From: Octopus vulgaris
Lineage: Eukaryota
DNA: 64,000 nt
Direction of reading: 5' to 3'
Assembly (NCBI GenBank): GCA_951406725.2
Contig: OX597833.1
Location: 43,648,001 to 43,712,000, forward strand
How positions within the stretch are numbered: the stretch's first letter is position 1; the number at the start of each line of letters is the position of its first letter. Shown here one piece after another: positions 38,991-53,036 of the stretch. A program made the translations under genes and the position numbers. The notes under the pieces were generated by a model. That model ran no database searches and was not told the DNA's origin. It saw nothing but the letters and a program-made list of their open reading frames with translations.

Positions 38991-39361
38991 TTTGCCTCCT
39001 TGGCAGAGTCAGAATTATCAAGCAAGTACTAGATTATGGAAAAGAACAAATAGAGAACTGTATGTTATAGGTAGCAAGCCTACTACTCTTGCAAGATTCC
39101 AGGAGTTACAACAAAACCCAAGTTAAAAAATTAGTAATATTAATAATTCTTTCTACTATAAGCACAAAACTTGAAATTTTTAAGTGAAGGGGCCAGCTCA
39201 TTACAGCAACTCATGTGAAACTGGTTCTTATTTTATCGACCTCAAAAGGATGGAAAGCAAAGATGACCCCAGTGGAACTTGAGCTTAGCATGTAAAAAGC
39301 CAGAAGAAATATTAAGCACTTTGTGCGGTACGATAACAATTCTGTCAGCTCACTGCCTTAA

Positions 39362-39582
39362 CCCTATCGTTACCAACCCGGCTGAAACCAGCTCTGGCCC
39401 TGTAGTACAAATGTCTTGTTTTCAAAAGATCTGAATTAAAATCTTCCACCAAACCTTAGTCACAGTTTATGTTCTTAACACTAACTTAATTATAACTAAG
39501 TTATTTTACTAAATTATTTGTTATATTTTAAATAATTGAAAGAAACACAAAGCATCTCAAAATAAATACAGTAACAAAAGGG
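39362..39582. mobile_element. piggyBac-like MITE
   Basis: TTAA|CCCT...AGGG|TTAA with ~14-bp TIRs. Confidence 0.8.
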
Positions 39583-39967
39583 TTAATAATAATCCTTTCA
39601 AATTTTGGTACAAATCCAGCAATTTTGAGGAAAGGGGAAAAATCAATTGTATCAACTCCAGTGCTTGACTGGTATTCATTTTAATGAGAGGTAATATTTA
39701 TTCCCACTTGAATGTGAATGTTCTGTTAGAACAGACGTTACTGCAGTAGATGCCATAAGAGAAACACTCATATAGGCTTTTGGGGCAAAATGCACGCTGT
39801 TTACAATGCTTGCGCTGAGATAAATCTCTACCAACACCAGCACCGAGACAAACAGATCATATGATTTCAACGTTCTTTGGTCTCATTGGTTCATCAAAGA
39901 TGGATGCTTGACCACTAGAGATAGCAGTGGCTCATCTCCCTGCTTACAACATATAGAAAATCATTAC

Positions 39968-39994
39968 CTGAACAGTCAATGATATCACAATTAG
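39968..39994 (-). pseudogene. Candidate 27-nt phase-1 micro-exon of gene B with a damaged acceptor
   Basis: Minus strand ttttcactGG|ctaattgtgatatcattgactgttcag|GTAATG. Would read ANCDIIDCS in frame after the Ig exon. The acceptor is GG rather than AG. Confidence 0.3.
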
Positions 39995-40024
39995 CCAGTG
40001 AAAATATTAAAAAAATTTATGGGA

Positions 40025-40420
40025 TCATTACCAGCGTCGCCTTACTGGCATTCGAACCCCGTTGGTAGGGTGTTAAGAGCACCATCCGAGTGTGATCATT
40101 GCCAGAGCGGCTATCTGGCCTCCATGCCGATGGCATGTAAAAGGCACCATTCGAGCGTGATCATTACCAGCATCGCCTTACTGGCACCTGTGCCAGTGGC
40201 ATGTGTGAAAGATTCGAGCGAGGTTGTTGCCAGCACTGCCTAACTGGCACATAAAAGCACCCACTACACTCTCGGAGTGGTTGTCATTAGGAAGGGCACC
40301 CAGCTGTAGAAACTCTGCCTGATCAAGATTGAAGCCTGGTGCGGCCATCTGGTTTGCCAGCTCTCAGTCAAATCGTCTAACCCATGCTAGCATGGAAAGC
40401 GGACGATGATGATGATGATA
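40025..40420 (+). mobile_element. RTE LINE 3'UTR fragment with (GAT)n tail
   Basis: Similar to 25520-26124. Confidence 0.8.
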
Positions 40421-40897
40421 TATTAGCAACAGAAGTAGTATTGATCCTGAGAGGTCTCGAAAAGACCAAAGTCAAAGTTAATCTTAGTGAGATTTAGGTT
40501 TAACATATACAGAGTCAGAAGAAATGGTACTAAGCACTGTCAGACACACTAATGATTCTGCCAGCCTGCAACCTTAATAACAATAGTAGTAATGATAATT
40601 TTTTTTTAATTTTGGCAAAGGCCGACATATTGTGCGAGGACAAAAGCAAATTGATTATATACACCAAGTGCTTGAGTGATACTTTAAGTTAGTAACCCTG
40701 AAAGGATGAAAAACAATGGTGACTGATTTTAGTAGGATTTGAGCATCGCAAAGAAATGATGTTAAACAATATGCTTGGCATACTAATAATTTTTGCAGCT
40801 CACTGCCTTAAGTCAGAGGACATTCATTTTGCAAGAGATTAAACTATATAAACAACAGAAATAAATAGTGAAAATTGGAAAGAAAAGAGAATCTAAC

Positions 40898-41206
40898 CTT
40901 TTAGAGATTTTGGAGTAGATATGGCAGTGTTTGTTTCACACTTGTACCAAGCTACATCATTACACTGGAGGCCATTTTTCCAGCACTTAACCACATTATT
41001 GTCACTTGGTAAATTACAGTCAAAACCCATCTCCTTTTTTGTGATTACATAGCCTTGTGCCGTTTTTTGGTACTGTATCTCCACAACTACAGTGCTGTCT
41101 CGCATGAGCATGAATGTAAGCAAATTATCAGTTGTTAAACTACATGTGATATTCATTCTACCTCCAATTTTAAAACCATCTTTGGGTTCCAGGCTCATAT
41201 CAATGG
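40898..41206 (-). CDS. Immunoglobulin-like domain exon (gene B)
   Basis: Polypyrimidine...TAG acceptor and AG|GTTAGA donor. 309 nt, phase 1-1, open. G-x-R-M-N-I-T-C ... C-N-D-V-A-W-Y-K-C (D-x-A-x-Y-x-C Ig motif). Confidence 0.8.
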
Positions 41207-41793
41207 CTATATGTAAGAAAGAAAAAATAGATTATCAGACAAAAACATTTTTTTAATGACAATAATAAGGTAATTACAGTTACAAAACAATTATGACAAA
41301 GTTAAAACAGTAAGAGGAAAGGAAGAAATTAGAATCAACAACGGAAAAGATAAACTAGAAAAGCAATCGGAGAGGTCAGACCCCCACCAAGCAACTCATT
41401 TTAAGATAGATACATGAGTAAAATTACTAATAGAGAAACGAAAATAAACTTTGGAAACAGCAATGAACGTGTTTTCAAGGGAGATAATCAAACACCGTAA
41501 CATTGTAATACTTCATGTAAAGTAAATATAACAAATGAAAAATCCTTCAAGAATCAATAAAAATTCCAAGATCACTACCAAAATTACATCATCTGTTCCT
41601 TGTGTTATTACCAACTTTTCCTGCAAGTTTCATCAACTACGGTTCACAACAATTTGAGTTATTTTGCACACAGACAGAGAAACCAACGCTGATGAAAACA
41701 TAACCTCCTTCCTTGGCGGAGGTAACAAAAAAAAAAAAGGAGATAAAAAGAAGAAAGACATTATATATATATATATATACACACACACATACA

Positions 41794-43250
41794 CTAGCAG
41801 AAATACCCATCATTGACTGGGTTCAGAAAGAGCCTTCTAAAATTATACCCTGATTTATGAAAGTTACTGCTTCGATATTGAATGTTTTGTAGTGGAATAT
41901 CCGCAAGCTCTTATTGCCAGGCTTCGGCCCAAAAAGTTATAATATAGTCTAATGTACTATTGAACTCAATACTCATTTATCCTTAAAAAAATATTCTTCC
42001 CAATCATGTAGATGATAAACTCTATGCATTCTTATAACTCAAAAGAAAGGAATGCCAGTTTTTGTGTAAAAGAGATTCTTACATTAACGAGATATAATCA
42101 TGGTTGCATACAAACTTCTTATTCTTTATCTTAATATTCTGATTTATAAATTGAAGCAACCATCACACAGACTGTGGTTTTTGCATATAGAATGCAAGTA
42201 AATAAAAGCTTGAGGAAAATTTTAAAGACATACATATTGCAACGTTTACTCAAGAATCACAACAAACACTAACAATTAAATATATATTATCAGAGTAACG
42301 TAACATCTTCATTATAACTATTTATGCTGCTTAACAAATCAAGTATGATTTATACTTTATACCAAGGACATGGCTACATAAAGATATAAATAGGTTTTTA
42401 AAAATAAAGAAAGTAAAGCAATTAGAAATGAAAAATGAGAAATAATTAAAATCTGAAACATGATGATATATGAAGAATTTCAAGAAAAAAAATTATATAG
42501 GTTATAATAGATCTCCAATATGATAATGGAATGATTTTACTAATGGGTAATTAGTTACAAAACAATTACTCATAACCTTAAAGATTATGCAAAAAAATTC
42601 TATTACATGTAAAAAAAAAAAAAAGACATAGAAGTGGCTTTTCATATTTTTGGGGTTTGACGTTAAGAATCTCATTATAAATATATTGAACAATGTACAA
42701 TTATTAGTTTGTTAATCACTCAGAAAAAACTTCCTTCTAAACAATATTTTGAGTTTTACCATTAGGGGCAAATGTGAAAAGGGTTTTCTTACTCCCTACT
42801 CTAGAAGCACCGACATAACTGTCCAGGTGAAAAACAATCCTCTTCTAAATGCAAACCAGCAACTTGTAGTGTCTGACCTTGTGACTTATTGATAGACATT
42901 GCAAAAGGCAAACGTATGGGAAACTGAAGTCGTTTGAACTCAAAGGGCATGTTGGAAGGTATTGAAGAAATTCGAGAGATAAAAACATCTTTGCCTTTTC
43001 CACAGCCAGAAATTATTGTGGCCTCTATAACATTGCTCATTAATATCTTGACAATGAGTCTTGTGCCATTGCATAACTTTGGTTGTGAGAGGTGGCGCAG
43101 AAGCATGACTAGAGCACCTGCTTTCAATCGAAGACAATGAGGAGGAGCACCTGTTGGCTTGAAGGAATTCAAAATTCCTACTGGATAACTGACTAATTTT
43201 GATTCATCTATGACAGAGTCTATGCATTTATAATTATGCTCAATTCTTGT
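41794..43250 (-). mobile_element. Degenerate Helitron 3' part (Pif1 helicase C-terminus 42740-43240)
   Basis: PPHCLRLK...KLCNGTRL...[20 protein letters not shown]. Minus-strand hairpin acccagtc...tgggt and CTAG|T at 41794. Confidence 0.85.
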
Positions 43251-43372
43251 GAAGATGACTAATAGAATTATCTCTGATCATAAAATGGTATATATAAAAA
43301 TCCATACATGAATCTCACTTTCTGGTATTATTTCCAAACTGTGGAATACCTAATTGGTATCAATCTTCTCCA

Positions 43373-43607
43373 TGGCGGCGAGCTGGCAGAAACGTTAGCA
43401 CACCGGGCGAAATGCTTAGCGGTATTTCGTCTGCATTACGTCGTGAGTTCAAATTCTGCCAAGGTCGACTTTGCCTTTCATCCTTTCGGGGGTCGATAAA
43501 TTAAGTACCAGTTACGCACTGGGATCGATGTAATAGACATAATACCTATGTCTGTCCTTGTTTGTCCCCTCTGTATTTAGCCCCTTGTGGGTAATAAAGA
43601 AATAGGT
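43373..43607 (+). mobile_element. SINE family B, full length
   Basis: Flanked by an 18-bp TSD ggtatcaatcttctccat. Confidence 0.92.
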
Positions 43608-43985
43608 ATCAATCTTCTCCATATACAAATAGTAGGAGACATTGAAGGCTATCATAAGATCTGTGAGTTTCATATACACATTTCAGTGCATTATCTCTTG
43701 AATGAAGAATTATGTCTCTATTGCTAAAACTTTCATCAGCCATAAGTGTAACTTCATTACCTGTTGGTAAATTGAATCACCTAACATGCTCATTGAATGG
43801 TCTTTTATCTGCATTAATAACGTGAAGTAAAATCATGTAGCAACACCAAATGGCGGTGCCCCAGCATGGCCACAGCTCGTGAGCTGAAACTAGATAAAAT
43901 ACAAATATGTGTACATATATATATACAAATATGTGTACATATATATATATGTACATGTGTATATATACATATATATATATATGTA

Positions 43986-44290
43986 CATCATCATCATCGT
44001 TTAGCGTCTGCTTTTCATGCTAGCATGGGTTGGACGGTTCAACTGGGGTCTGGGAAGCCAGAAGGCTGCACCAGGCCCAGTCTGATCTGTGTTTCTACGG
44101 CTGGATGCCATTCCTAACGCCAACCACTCCATGAGTGTAGTGGGTGCTTTTTACGTGCCACCAGCACAGGTTCCAGACGAGTCTGGCAAACGGCCACGAT
44201 CGGATAGTGCTTTTTATGTGCCACCGGCACGAGGCCAGTCGGGGCGGCGCTGGCAACGGCCACGTTCGGATGGTTCTCTTACGTGCCACC
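43986..44290 (-). mobile_element. RTE LINE 3'UTR fragment
   Basis: (CAT)n tail and reverse complement of the UTR at 40025-40420. Confidence 0.8.
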
Positions 44291-44306
44291 GGATATATAT
44301 ATGCAC

Positions 44307-44342
<36 letters not shown>

Positions 44343-44724
44343 TCAATACTTATTTACTGTGGTTAACCCCGAATCAACCCGGGACCTACATATATATATA
44401 TATATATATGTGTGTGTGTACATATGTGTATATATATATCTATATATATAAAACTGAGAATGTGTCTGTCTGTCTGTTTCCCTAAAACGTGAGAACTTCA
44501 CAACCAATTTCATTCAAATTGTACACATGCCTTACTCAGGGTCCGTGTAGTGTCATGGGCAAAAAACATTTTTAACTTTTTGCTTAAGGCGAGCCACGGC
44601 CACGTTCGGATGGTTCTCTTACGTGCCACCGGATATATATATGCACATGTGTATATATATATATATATATACTCAATACTTATTTACTTATTTACTGTGG
44701 TTAACCCCGAATCAACCCGGGACC

Positions 44725-44770
<46 letters not shown>

Positions 44771-44955
44771 GTGTGTACATATGTGTATATATATATCTAT
44801 ATATATAAAACTGAGAATGTGTCTGTCTGTCTGTTTCCCTAAAACGTGAGAACTTCACAACCAATTTCATTCAAATTGTACACATGCCTTACTCAGGGTC
44901 CGTGTAGTGTCATGGGCAAAAAACATTTTTAACTTTTTGCTTAAGGCGAGCCCAC
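44256..44955. repeat. Tandem duplication (~340-360 bp) spanning RTE, Penelope-like and Helitron 5' pieces
   Basis: 44256-44595 is repeated at 44596-44955. Confidence 0.92.
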
Positions 44956-45825
44956 AGCAATATCATATCTTCTGCACTATTTCAGTATTACATGTTAAAA
45001 GTGAAACAAAAACATCCCTCTATTGTATTGTCAGATACTTTCACTTTAATACTGAAACTATTAAAGTCAAACTATTATATAAAAAGGATGAACCATTAAC
45101 AGTGGACATCTATTTTGCTTGAAGATGATCCACTATGGTCTTATATGCTACACCACTGTTATGTGATACTTTCCGCGAAGCCTGTTTTTGGCGTCAACTT
45201 TTGGAGGATGATTCACAATGGGGCGCCACTATGGCGAAGGGTGTTTCATTAAAATTTCCTAAAAAAATCAGATCGCTTTTCGCTATTCTATTACTATGGT
45301 GTGACTTGGCTAATCCCGCCTCTTTATGGCTTACCTACAAAGATTATATGTCTGAAGATTTCCTGCGTCACGCTCAATCGCTACATCCATCAATGGAGGT
45401 CGGGTACACTGACCTCATTTACAACAGGGCGCTGCTTGAAATCGAAGATACTGTACCTGATATGGGCGGTAGTGCCTTGCCGGTCTATGGCCTAACTGCA
45501 ACAAACCGGGAAGGCACAAACACTCTGTCTTCACATTTGCTGCGTGAGACATGTTTTAATGTTGACGAGCTTGCCGAGTACATAGCCTTTACGGAAGCAT
45601 TTTTGTTAAAATGCCTTCGATAGAAGAAAGTCCAAAAATGAATTTCGCTGCAGCCGTACACTTCTATACAAGATACAATCGATCGAAATTGCAAGAGATG
45701 GGCCTACAATTCCAGTCTGTTATATATTTTGAGTATTGTTATCACTAGCGATATCAAGATATAACTTTCTATTTTGTATTTTATGTGTAGATGTATATAT
45801 ATATATAGATGTACATGTAATATGT

Positions 45826-45872
<47 letters not shown>

Positions 45873-48332
45873 TACATGCATAATATATCTACCCATACAC
45901 ACACACGTACACACACACACACATACATAGGGGCAGGTGTGGCTGCGTGGTAACAAACTACGTTCGAAGATACTGTACTTGATATGGGCGGTAGTGCCTT
46001 GCCGGTCTATGGCCTACCTTCAACAAACCGGGAAGGCACAAACACTCTGTCTTCACATTTGCTGCGTGGGACATGTTTTAATGTTGATGAGCTTGCCGAG
46101 TACATAGCCGACAATGAGCCAAAGCTCCTTCCAGAACACAAGTTCGCTTACAACTCCGTTGTTAATTCAGTCCGGGCCAAAACTGGGAGGATTTTTTTCC
46201 TGGATGCTCCTGGGGGCACTGGGAAAACTTTTGTCAACAAATTAATATTGGCTGAGATTAGGCGAACACAAGGCATTGCCCTAGCTGTGGCATCATCTGG
46301 AATTGCGGCTACTTTGTTGCCAGGCGGCAGGACAGCTCACTCTACTTTCAAGCTCCCGCTTGACTTAGCGAAGACTGAGACACCAACTTGCAACATCAGT
46401 AACAGCTCCGATCAGGCAGAAGTCTTCAGACGATGCAAGCTTATCGTTTGGGATGAATGCACGATGGCCCACAGAGGTGCTCTTGAGGCACTAGATAGAT
46501 CTCTCAGAGACATCAAACACTCTTCAGCTCCAATGGGAGGCATAACAATTCTTCTTTCAGGGGACTTCCGACAAACACTTCCCGTTATTCCCAAAGGGAC
46601 TAGAGCTGATGCAGTAAGTGCGTGTCTTAAGTCATCCACATTGTGGCCACTGGTGAAGACTCTCAAACTTCACACCAATATGCGTGCTCATATGCGACGT
46701 GATATCACATCAGCAGCATTTTCTCACACCCTCATTGCACTTGGCGAAGGCAAAATACCAGGGGATGAAAATGGTAATATTGCCATCGATTCAATTTGTA
46801 CCATTGTTAAAACGCCTTCTGATCTCAGAGATGCAGTGTTCCCAGATCTACAAGCTAATTATCAGAATATGGATTGGATTGGCCAAAGGGTTATTCTGGC
46901 CCCGAGGAATAAAACTGTTCACCATATTAATGATGAAATGCTAAAACTCATTCCTGGGGATGTCTATGTATATAAGTCTATCGATACAACTCCTGACCCA
47001 GAGGACGTCATCAATTATCCAATAGAGGTACACAATTCCTTTGAGCCCCCCCGGACTACCACCACACATTCTCAAACTTAAAGTTGGTGCCCCTATAATG
47101 CTCATTAGAAATTTGGTTCCCCCAAAACAATGTAATGGCACACGTTTGATCGTTGAGTCCTTATCTCCCAATCTGATTGAGGCCACCATTATCACAGGGT
47201 GCGGTCGAGGCAACGTTGTGCTCATACCTAGGATGCATCTTTTCCCTTCAGGAGCAGACCTACCTTTCATATTTCGGAGGTCCCAGTTCCCAGTAAGGCC
47301 ATGTTTCGCAATGTCAATTAACAAAGCGCAGGGTCAAACACTGTCTGTGGCGGGAATACATTTGGGAGAGCCATGTTTCTCTCATGGTCAGCTTTATGTT
47401 GGCTGCTCGCGTGTCGGCAGCAACAGTGATGCTTTCGCATTCGTTCCACAACGAAAAACAAAAAAGCATTGTGTACAAGGAGGTTTTATAGGATTACTAC
47501 GTTTCATCATTTTCGAACATGTTAGTATTTCACTTACATACGACTCTCTTTTATGATGGCATTTACATTTTTAGGCGTTTCATGACATTAATTCACACTT
47601 AACCAACACCTGTCCTTCACTCACCTCTATTTCTATCCATTCATCATCAAACCACCAGCCTCATCTTCTATATCCAACGTACATGACACATCTACCCCCT
47701 ACATCTATACTCTCACTGTTAAAGTTTACATAAGCGACAACACGATCGCAACCTACACTTTGGGAACTAAGCAACAGATCATTTTATACAACAACAAATT
47801 TAATCATAACGCCCATCAATGAAAACATCTCCACCACTGTGTTGTGATTCATCTAATCAGCACCACTACAGTCTTTCCGGTCTGACATATGGTGAGTAGA
47901 TGCTATTGTCCTATATTTTATAAATTACCCATATTTACTTACCCATGCTTCATTCCCCCTCTTGCCTACATAGGAAATCCACTCTCTTTTAACACAGCAT
48001 GAAGTTTTGTAACAGCACATCCGCTGCCATTCGTGCAAAACAAAGAGACCCTATTCACCTGCGAACGTTTTACATCGCCTTCCAGGACTATCAAATTCTT
48101 ACAATTATGAGAACAATAACATGGCTCTTTTCAAGGCAACCTCGCATTCAATTCTTACACCATTCTACGAGGGGTAGGAACCCCTTTACACGGCTTTCTA
48201 TACACTTACAAATACATTCATTCGCCGTAAACTTATATCAATATTTGCTTGAATAATCATCATAATTCAGTGCAATCATTAACAGTACTTTCAAGCAATT
48301 CATCCCCGAGCAACGCCGGGCAATTCTGCTAG
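44796..48332 (+). mobile_element. Internally deleted Helitron retaining the helicase half
   Basis: TC 5' end shared with 906. 3' hairpin cccg-agcaacgc-cggg followed by CTAG|T. No Rep/HUH motifs seen. Confidence 0.92.
45159..47500 (+). pseudogene. Helitron RepHel Pif1-family SF1 helicase, disrupted
   Basis: [64 protein letters not shown]. Frameshift in a C-run near 47046 and an insert at 45588-45963. Confidence 0.93.
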
Positions 48333-51036
48333 TTTGTGATAAAATACAAGATACGATAAAATTTCTAGTTGCTTAGCATCAAGTCTTCACTGAGAAATTC
48401 TAGATCAACTTGAGCTATAACCATTAGGTTTTGGTTTACTTTTTTACTGGGCATTGTGCACCATCTAATGTTTCATATCTGTTCTTAACCATTTAGCATT
48501 CAGATTATCAAATGTAGTTCTTATTTAGTCATACTGCTTTGAATTAATTATGCATTACCTTTGGAGTTTAAGATTTTGATGATGACTCTTTTACTCGTTT
48601 CAGTCATTTGACTGCGGCCATGCTGAAGCACCGCCTTTAGTCGAGCAAATCGACCCCGGGACTTATTCTTTGTAAGCCCAGTACTTATTCTATCGGTCTC
48701 TTTTTGCCGAACCGCTAAGTGACAGGGACGTAAACACACCAGCATCGGTTATCAAGCAATGCTAGGGGGACAAACACACACACACACACACACACACAAG
48801 TATATATATATATATATATAATTTTAATCCAAACGGGAAAACAAAAAAACAACAACAATGGAACAATTACAGTATTATTATTAATAGGCACTCAGGAAAT
48901 GGAAGCAGGAGGGTATGACATATATATATATACATATATATGACAGGCTTCTTTCAGTTTTCGTCTACCAAATCCACTCACAAGGCATTGGTCGGCCTGG
49001 GGCTATAGCAGAAGACACTTGCCCAAGATGCCACGCAGTGGGACTGAACCCGGAACCATGTGGTTGGTTAGCAAGCTACTTACCACACAGCTACTCCTGC
49101 GCCTATGAGATCACTTATTTTTTAGAATGACATTATAGGGTAGGTGTAAGAGGCTAGATCTGGCTAGTCTGAACAAAAAACAAGTAGAATATTTGGGCCA
49201 GATATGGCTGGTTGAAATGCTAAAGGGTTAAGAAGGCAGGATGTAATTTGAGAATTCTTTGGCTAGTACTTCTAGCAGGTTGAGTGACTACTGTTTCATG
49301 CATGCTTTAACATGCATTTTGATATGATGTCTGGTGTAGTACAGTGTCTTGTGCAATTCCATATAATGCCTTGGTCTGTAGTATATGATATGATGTCTTT
49401 GTTGTGTGGTGTGATGGGACACATAACTTCAGGGAGTGATCATGTGCCTTGTATGGTGTGATGTGATGCCTTGATGTGGAGTATGATCTGATGTTCTGGT
49501 GTGTGGTGTTGTGCTTCAGATTTGTAACCTGGTTGAAAACTTTATTTTAAATATTCCCATGTCAGGACTGGTTACGTTGGCTGAGATGTGCACTAACTGC
49601 TTGGTAGTATTTAGTTGTCTCGAATTCAAATTCTCAGTGATATTGCACCTGTGAAAGTTGATATTTTAGACTATTTTTGCCCATATGTACGTATGTATGT
49701 ATATGTGTATGTGTTTTTCCACCACCACTGCTTGACAACCAGTGTTGGTTTAGTTTATTTTTAACTTAGTTTAACAAAAGATATAGATAAAATAAGTATC
49801 ATGCTTTAAAAAACAAGTACTGGGTCAACTTGTTCGATTAAAACCTTCAAGGTGGTACCCTAGCATTGCTGCAGTCCACTGACTGAAACAAGATAAATAA
49901 TTGTAATCATCTCAGCGAAATTTTGTTTAACAAGCCATATTTTGTTTAATGTACAAGCTGTCAGAACTTGGCTTCTTACACCTACCTTATATTATCATTC
50001 ACACAAGCAAGTGTTTTCTACTATATAATCTTAGGCCAGCCAAAGCCTTGTGAGTGAATTTAGAGATGGAAACTGAAAAAAGCATATCGTATATGTGTAT
50101 AACATATCAATGTGTGTGTGTCTCTTGACAAGTGGTGCTGGTGCGTTTACATCCTCGTTAACTTAGTGGTTTGGCAAAAGGGTGGGGAGGGCAATAAAAT
50201 AAGTAAAAAGCTGTAAAAAAAGTTCTGGGGTTGATACATGAGTAAAAAAACTCCTGAAGGTGAGCCCCAGCACATATAAAATATATAATCACATCATTGC
50301 AATATCAAATTTACGAGAGAATGCATGATCAATTCAAAACAATGTAGGTGTATAGACATTACACATCTGACAGGGTAATCTGAATGCTAAAGTATTAAAA
50401 ACATACATTAAGAAAGTTAAGAGGAAACAGTCTTGGCAATGGTGGTGTGTTGTGTAGAGCAACTATAAAGTAATGTCTCAATAGATTGATACTAAACTTA
50501 TTATGCATCAAAGGAAGTTGGTGATAGGATTTGAACTCAAAACATGACGGATAGATATTAAATACAGCAACCTAATTAGCTTGGAAAACAAACAAAAAAT
50601 ATCTTTTCTTGATAATTCTTCCTAATTATGGCATAAGACCAGTTATCTTGAGGGGAGGCGGTGAAGTTGAAACCATTGATTCCAGTACTAGACTGACTGG
50701 TACTATATTTCACTAACCCCAACAGAATGGCATTTACAGTTGTCCTGGTAGGATTTGAACTTAGTCTGAAGAAACGCAGCAAATCATTTTATCAATTCGT
50801 TAATAATTCTGCCAGCTCATTGCCCTCTCAGCAAGAAATAAAAGTTTCTAATCTGAGGGGATGGGGCTAATCAATTACAACGATTCCAGTGCTTAACTGG
50901 TACTTATTGGATCCCGAAATGAAATGCAAAGTCGACCTCTGGAGAATTTGAACTCAGGATGTGAAGATGGACAAAATGTTGCTAAGCATTTTGTCTGGTG
51001 TACTAACGAATTCAGCCAGCTGACCGCCTTTTTCTC

Positions 51037-51069
<33 letters not shown>

Positions 51070-52948
51070 AATGGTATCAAATTTGCCACAAGGGCAACAA
51101 TTTGGGGAAAGGGAATAAGTCAATTTCATCAATGCCAGTGCTTCACTGGTACTTAATTTATCAACCCCAAAAGGCTGAAAGGCAAAGTCAACCTCAGCAG
51201 AATTTGAACTCAGAGCAAAGCGACGGGCGAAATACTGCTAACGATTCTGCCAGCTCACAGCTTTAATAATAATAATAACAATAATAAATTCTTTTTATTG
51301 GCCACAAAGGCTAATATAAGTCAAAAACATTAAAGGACAACAAAATACGATATACAAAAGGTTCTACTCTAGGCCCGAAATTTTGGGGAGGGGCCAGTTG
51401 ATTAGGTCGACTTCAGTACACAACTTGTCAACCTAGTACGGATGAAAGGCAAAGTTGACCTCGGTGAAATTTGAACTCAGAACATAAAGACAAACGAAAT
51501 ACTGCTAAGCATTTCGCCTGGCATGCTAAAGTTTCTGCCAGCTCACTGCCTTAAGGTTCAATAATAATAATAATCCTTTCTACTATAGGCACAAGGCCTG
51601 AATTTGGGAGGGGTTAGTCAATTACATCGACCATAGTATGCAAGTAGTACTTAATTTATCAACTCCGAAAGGATGAAAGGCAAAGTCGACCTCGGCAGAC
51701 GAAATACCTATTTCTTTACTACTCACAAGAGGTTAAACACAGAGAGGACAAACAAGGACAGACAAACGGATGAAGTCGATTATATCGACACCAGTGCGTA
51801 ACTGGTACTTAATTTATCGACCTCGAAAGGATGAAAGGCAAAGTTGACCTCAGCGGAATTTGAACTCAGAACGTAACGGCAGACGAAATACCTATTTCTT
51901 TATTACCCACAAGGGGCCAAACAAGGACAGACATAAGTATTAAGTCGATTACATCGACCCCAGTGCGTAACTGGTACTTAATTTATCGACCCCGAAAGGA
52001 TGAAAGGCAAAGTCGACTTTGGCGGAATTTGAACTCAGAACGTAACGGCAGACGAAATACCGCTAAGCATTTCACCAAGCGTGCTAACAATTCTGCTAGC
52101 TCACCGCCTCATTAATAATAAGAGCATTCAAGAGAACGCAAACCTCCGCCAATGTCCTCTCAGCCAGAGATGATTTTTAAAATAAGAATATCTGAAATAA
52201 ACTCGACTGCTCTCACAAACGAGAATACTAAGAATGAACCCGACTGCTCTCAAAAATTAAGTAAAACAAAAAACAACAACAAAAAAAAACAGTAAAAATA
52301 ATCCAGAATCCTTGTCCGGGACCCGATCGATCTCAAAATCTAATCAGTTCATGCCAGTCATGATGCCAAACATCTCTAAAAGTTTTATCCGAATCCATCC
52401 AGTAGTTCTTGAGATATCTTGTCCATGGACAAACAAAAAAACACAACAGAAAAACAATACCCCCGCCTTCGCTAAGGCGGAAATAATAATAATAATGATT
52501 TCTTTATTATCCACAAGTTTTTTACACGAAGAAAAACATTATGGACAGTACAGGACAAACCCAAAATAATGTGTGTGAGTGTGTGTAGTTGTAAGGGTTT
52601 TGCGTAATCCTTTCTATTAGAGGCACAAATACCTGAAATTTGGTTGGTTAGAGGAAGTCGATTATATCGTTCCTCACTAATTGGAGCCTGAGAAGGTCAT
52701 AGCTGAGATTTATCTACAGTGATTTTATAAAAAAAGTATACTCTCTTTTACTTGTGTCAGTAATTTGACTGTCGCCATGCTGGAGCACCGCCTTTAGTCG
52801 AGCAAATCGACCACAGGATTTATTCTTTGTAAGCCCAGTACTTAATCTATCGGTCTTCTTTTGTCGAAACGCTAAGTTACGGGGACGTAAACACATCAGC
52901 ATCGGTTGTCAAGCGATGTTGGGGGTGGGGGAGAAACACAGAAACATA

Positions 52949-53036
<88 letters not shown>

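Noticed and set aside
39676-39870. Hydrophobic minus-strand ORF as a transmembrane exon of gene B
   Set aside because: No convincing in-phase acceptor, and the hydrophobic run is interrupted by charged residues. Cannot be supported without transcripts.
45984-47556. Host PIF1 helicase gene
   Set aside because: Intronless, frameshifted and enclosed by Helitron termini.
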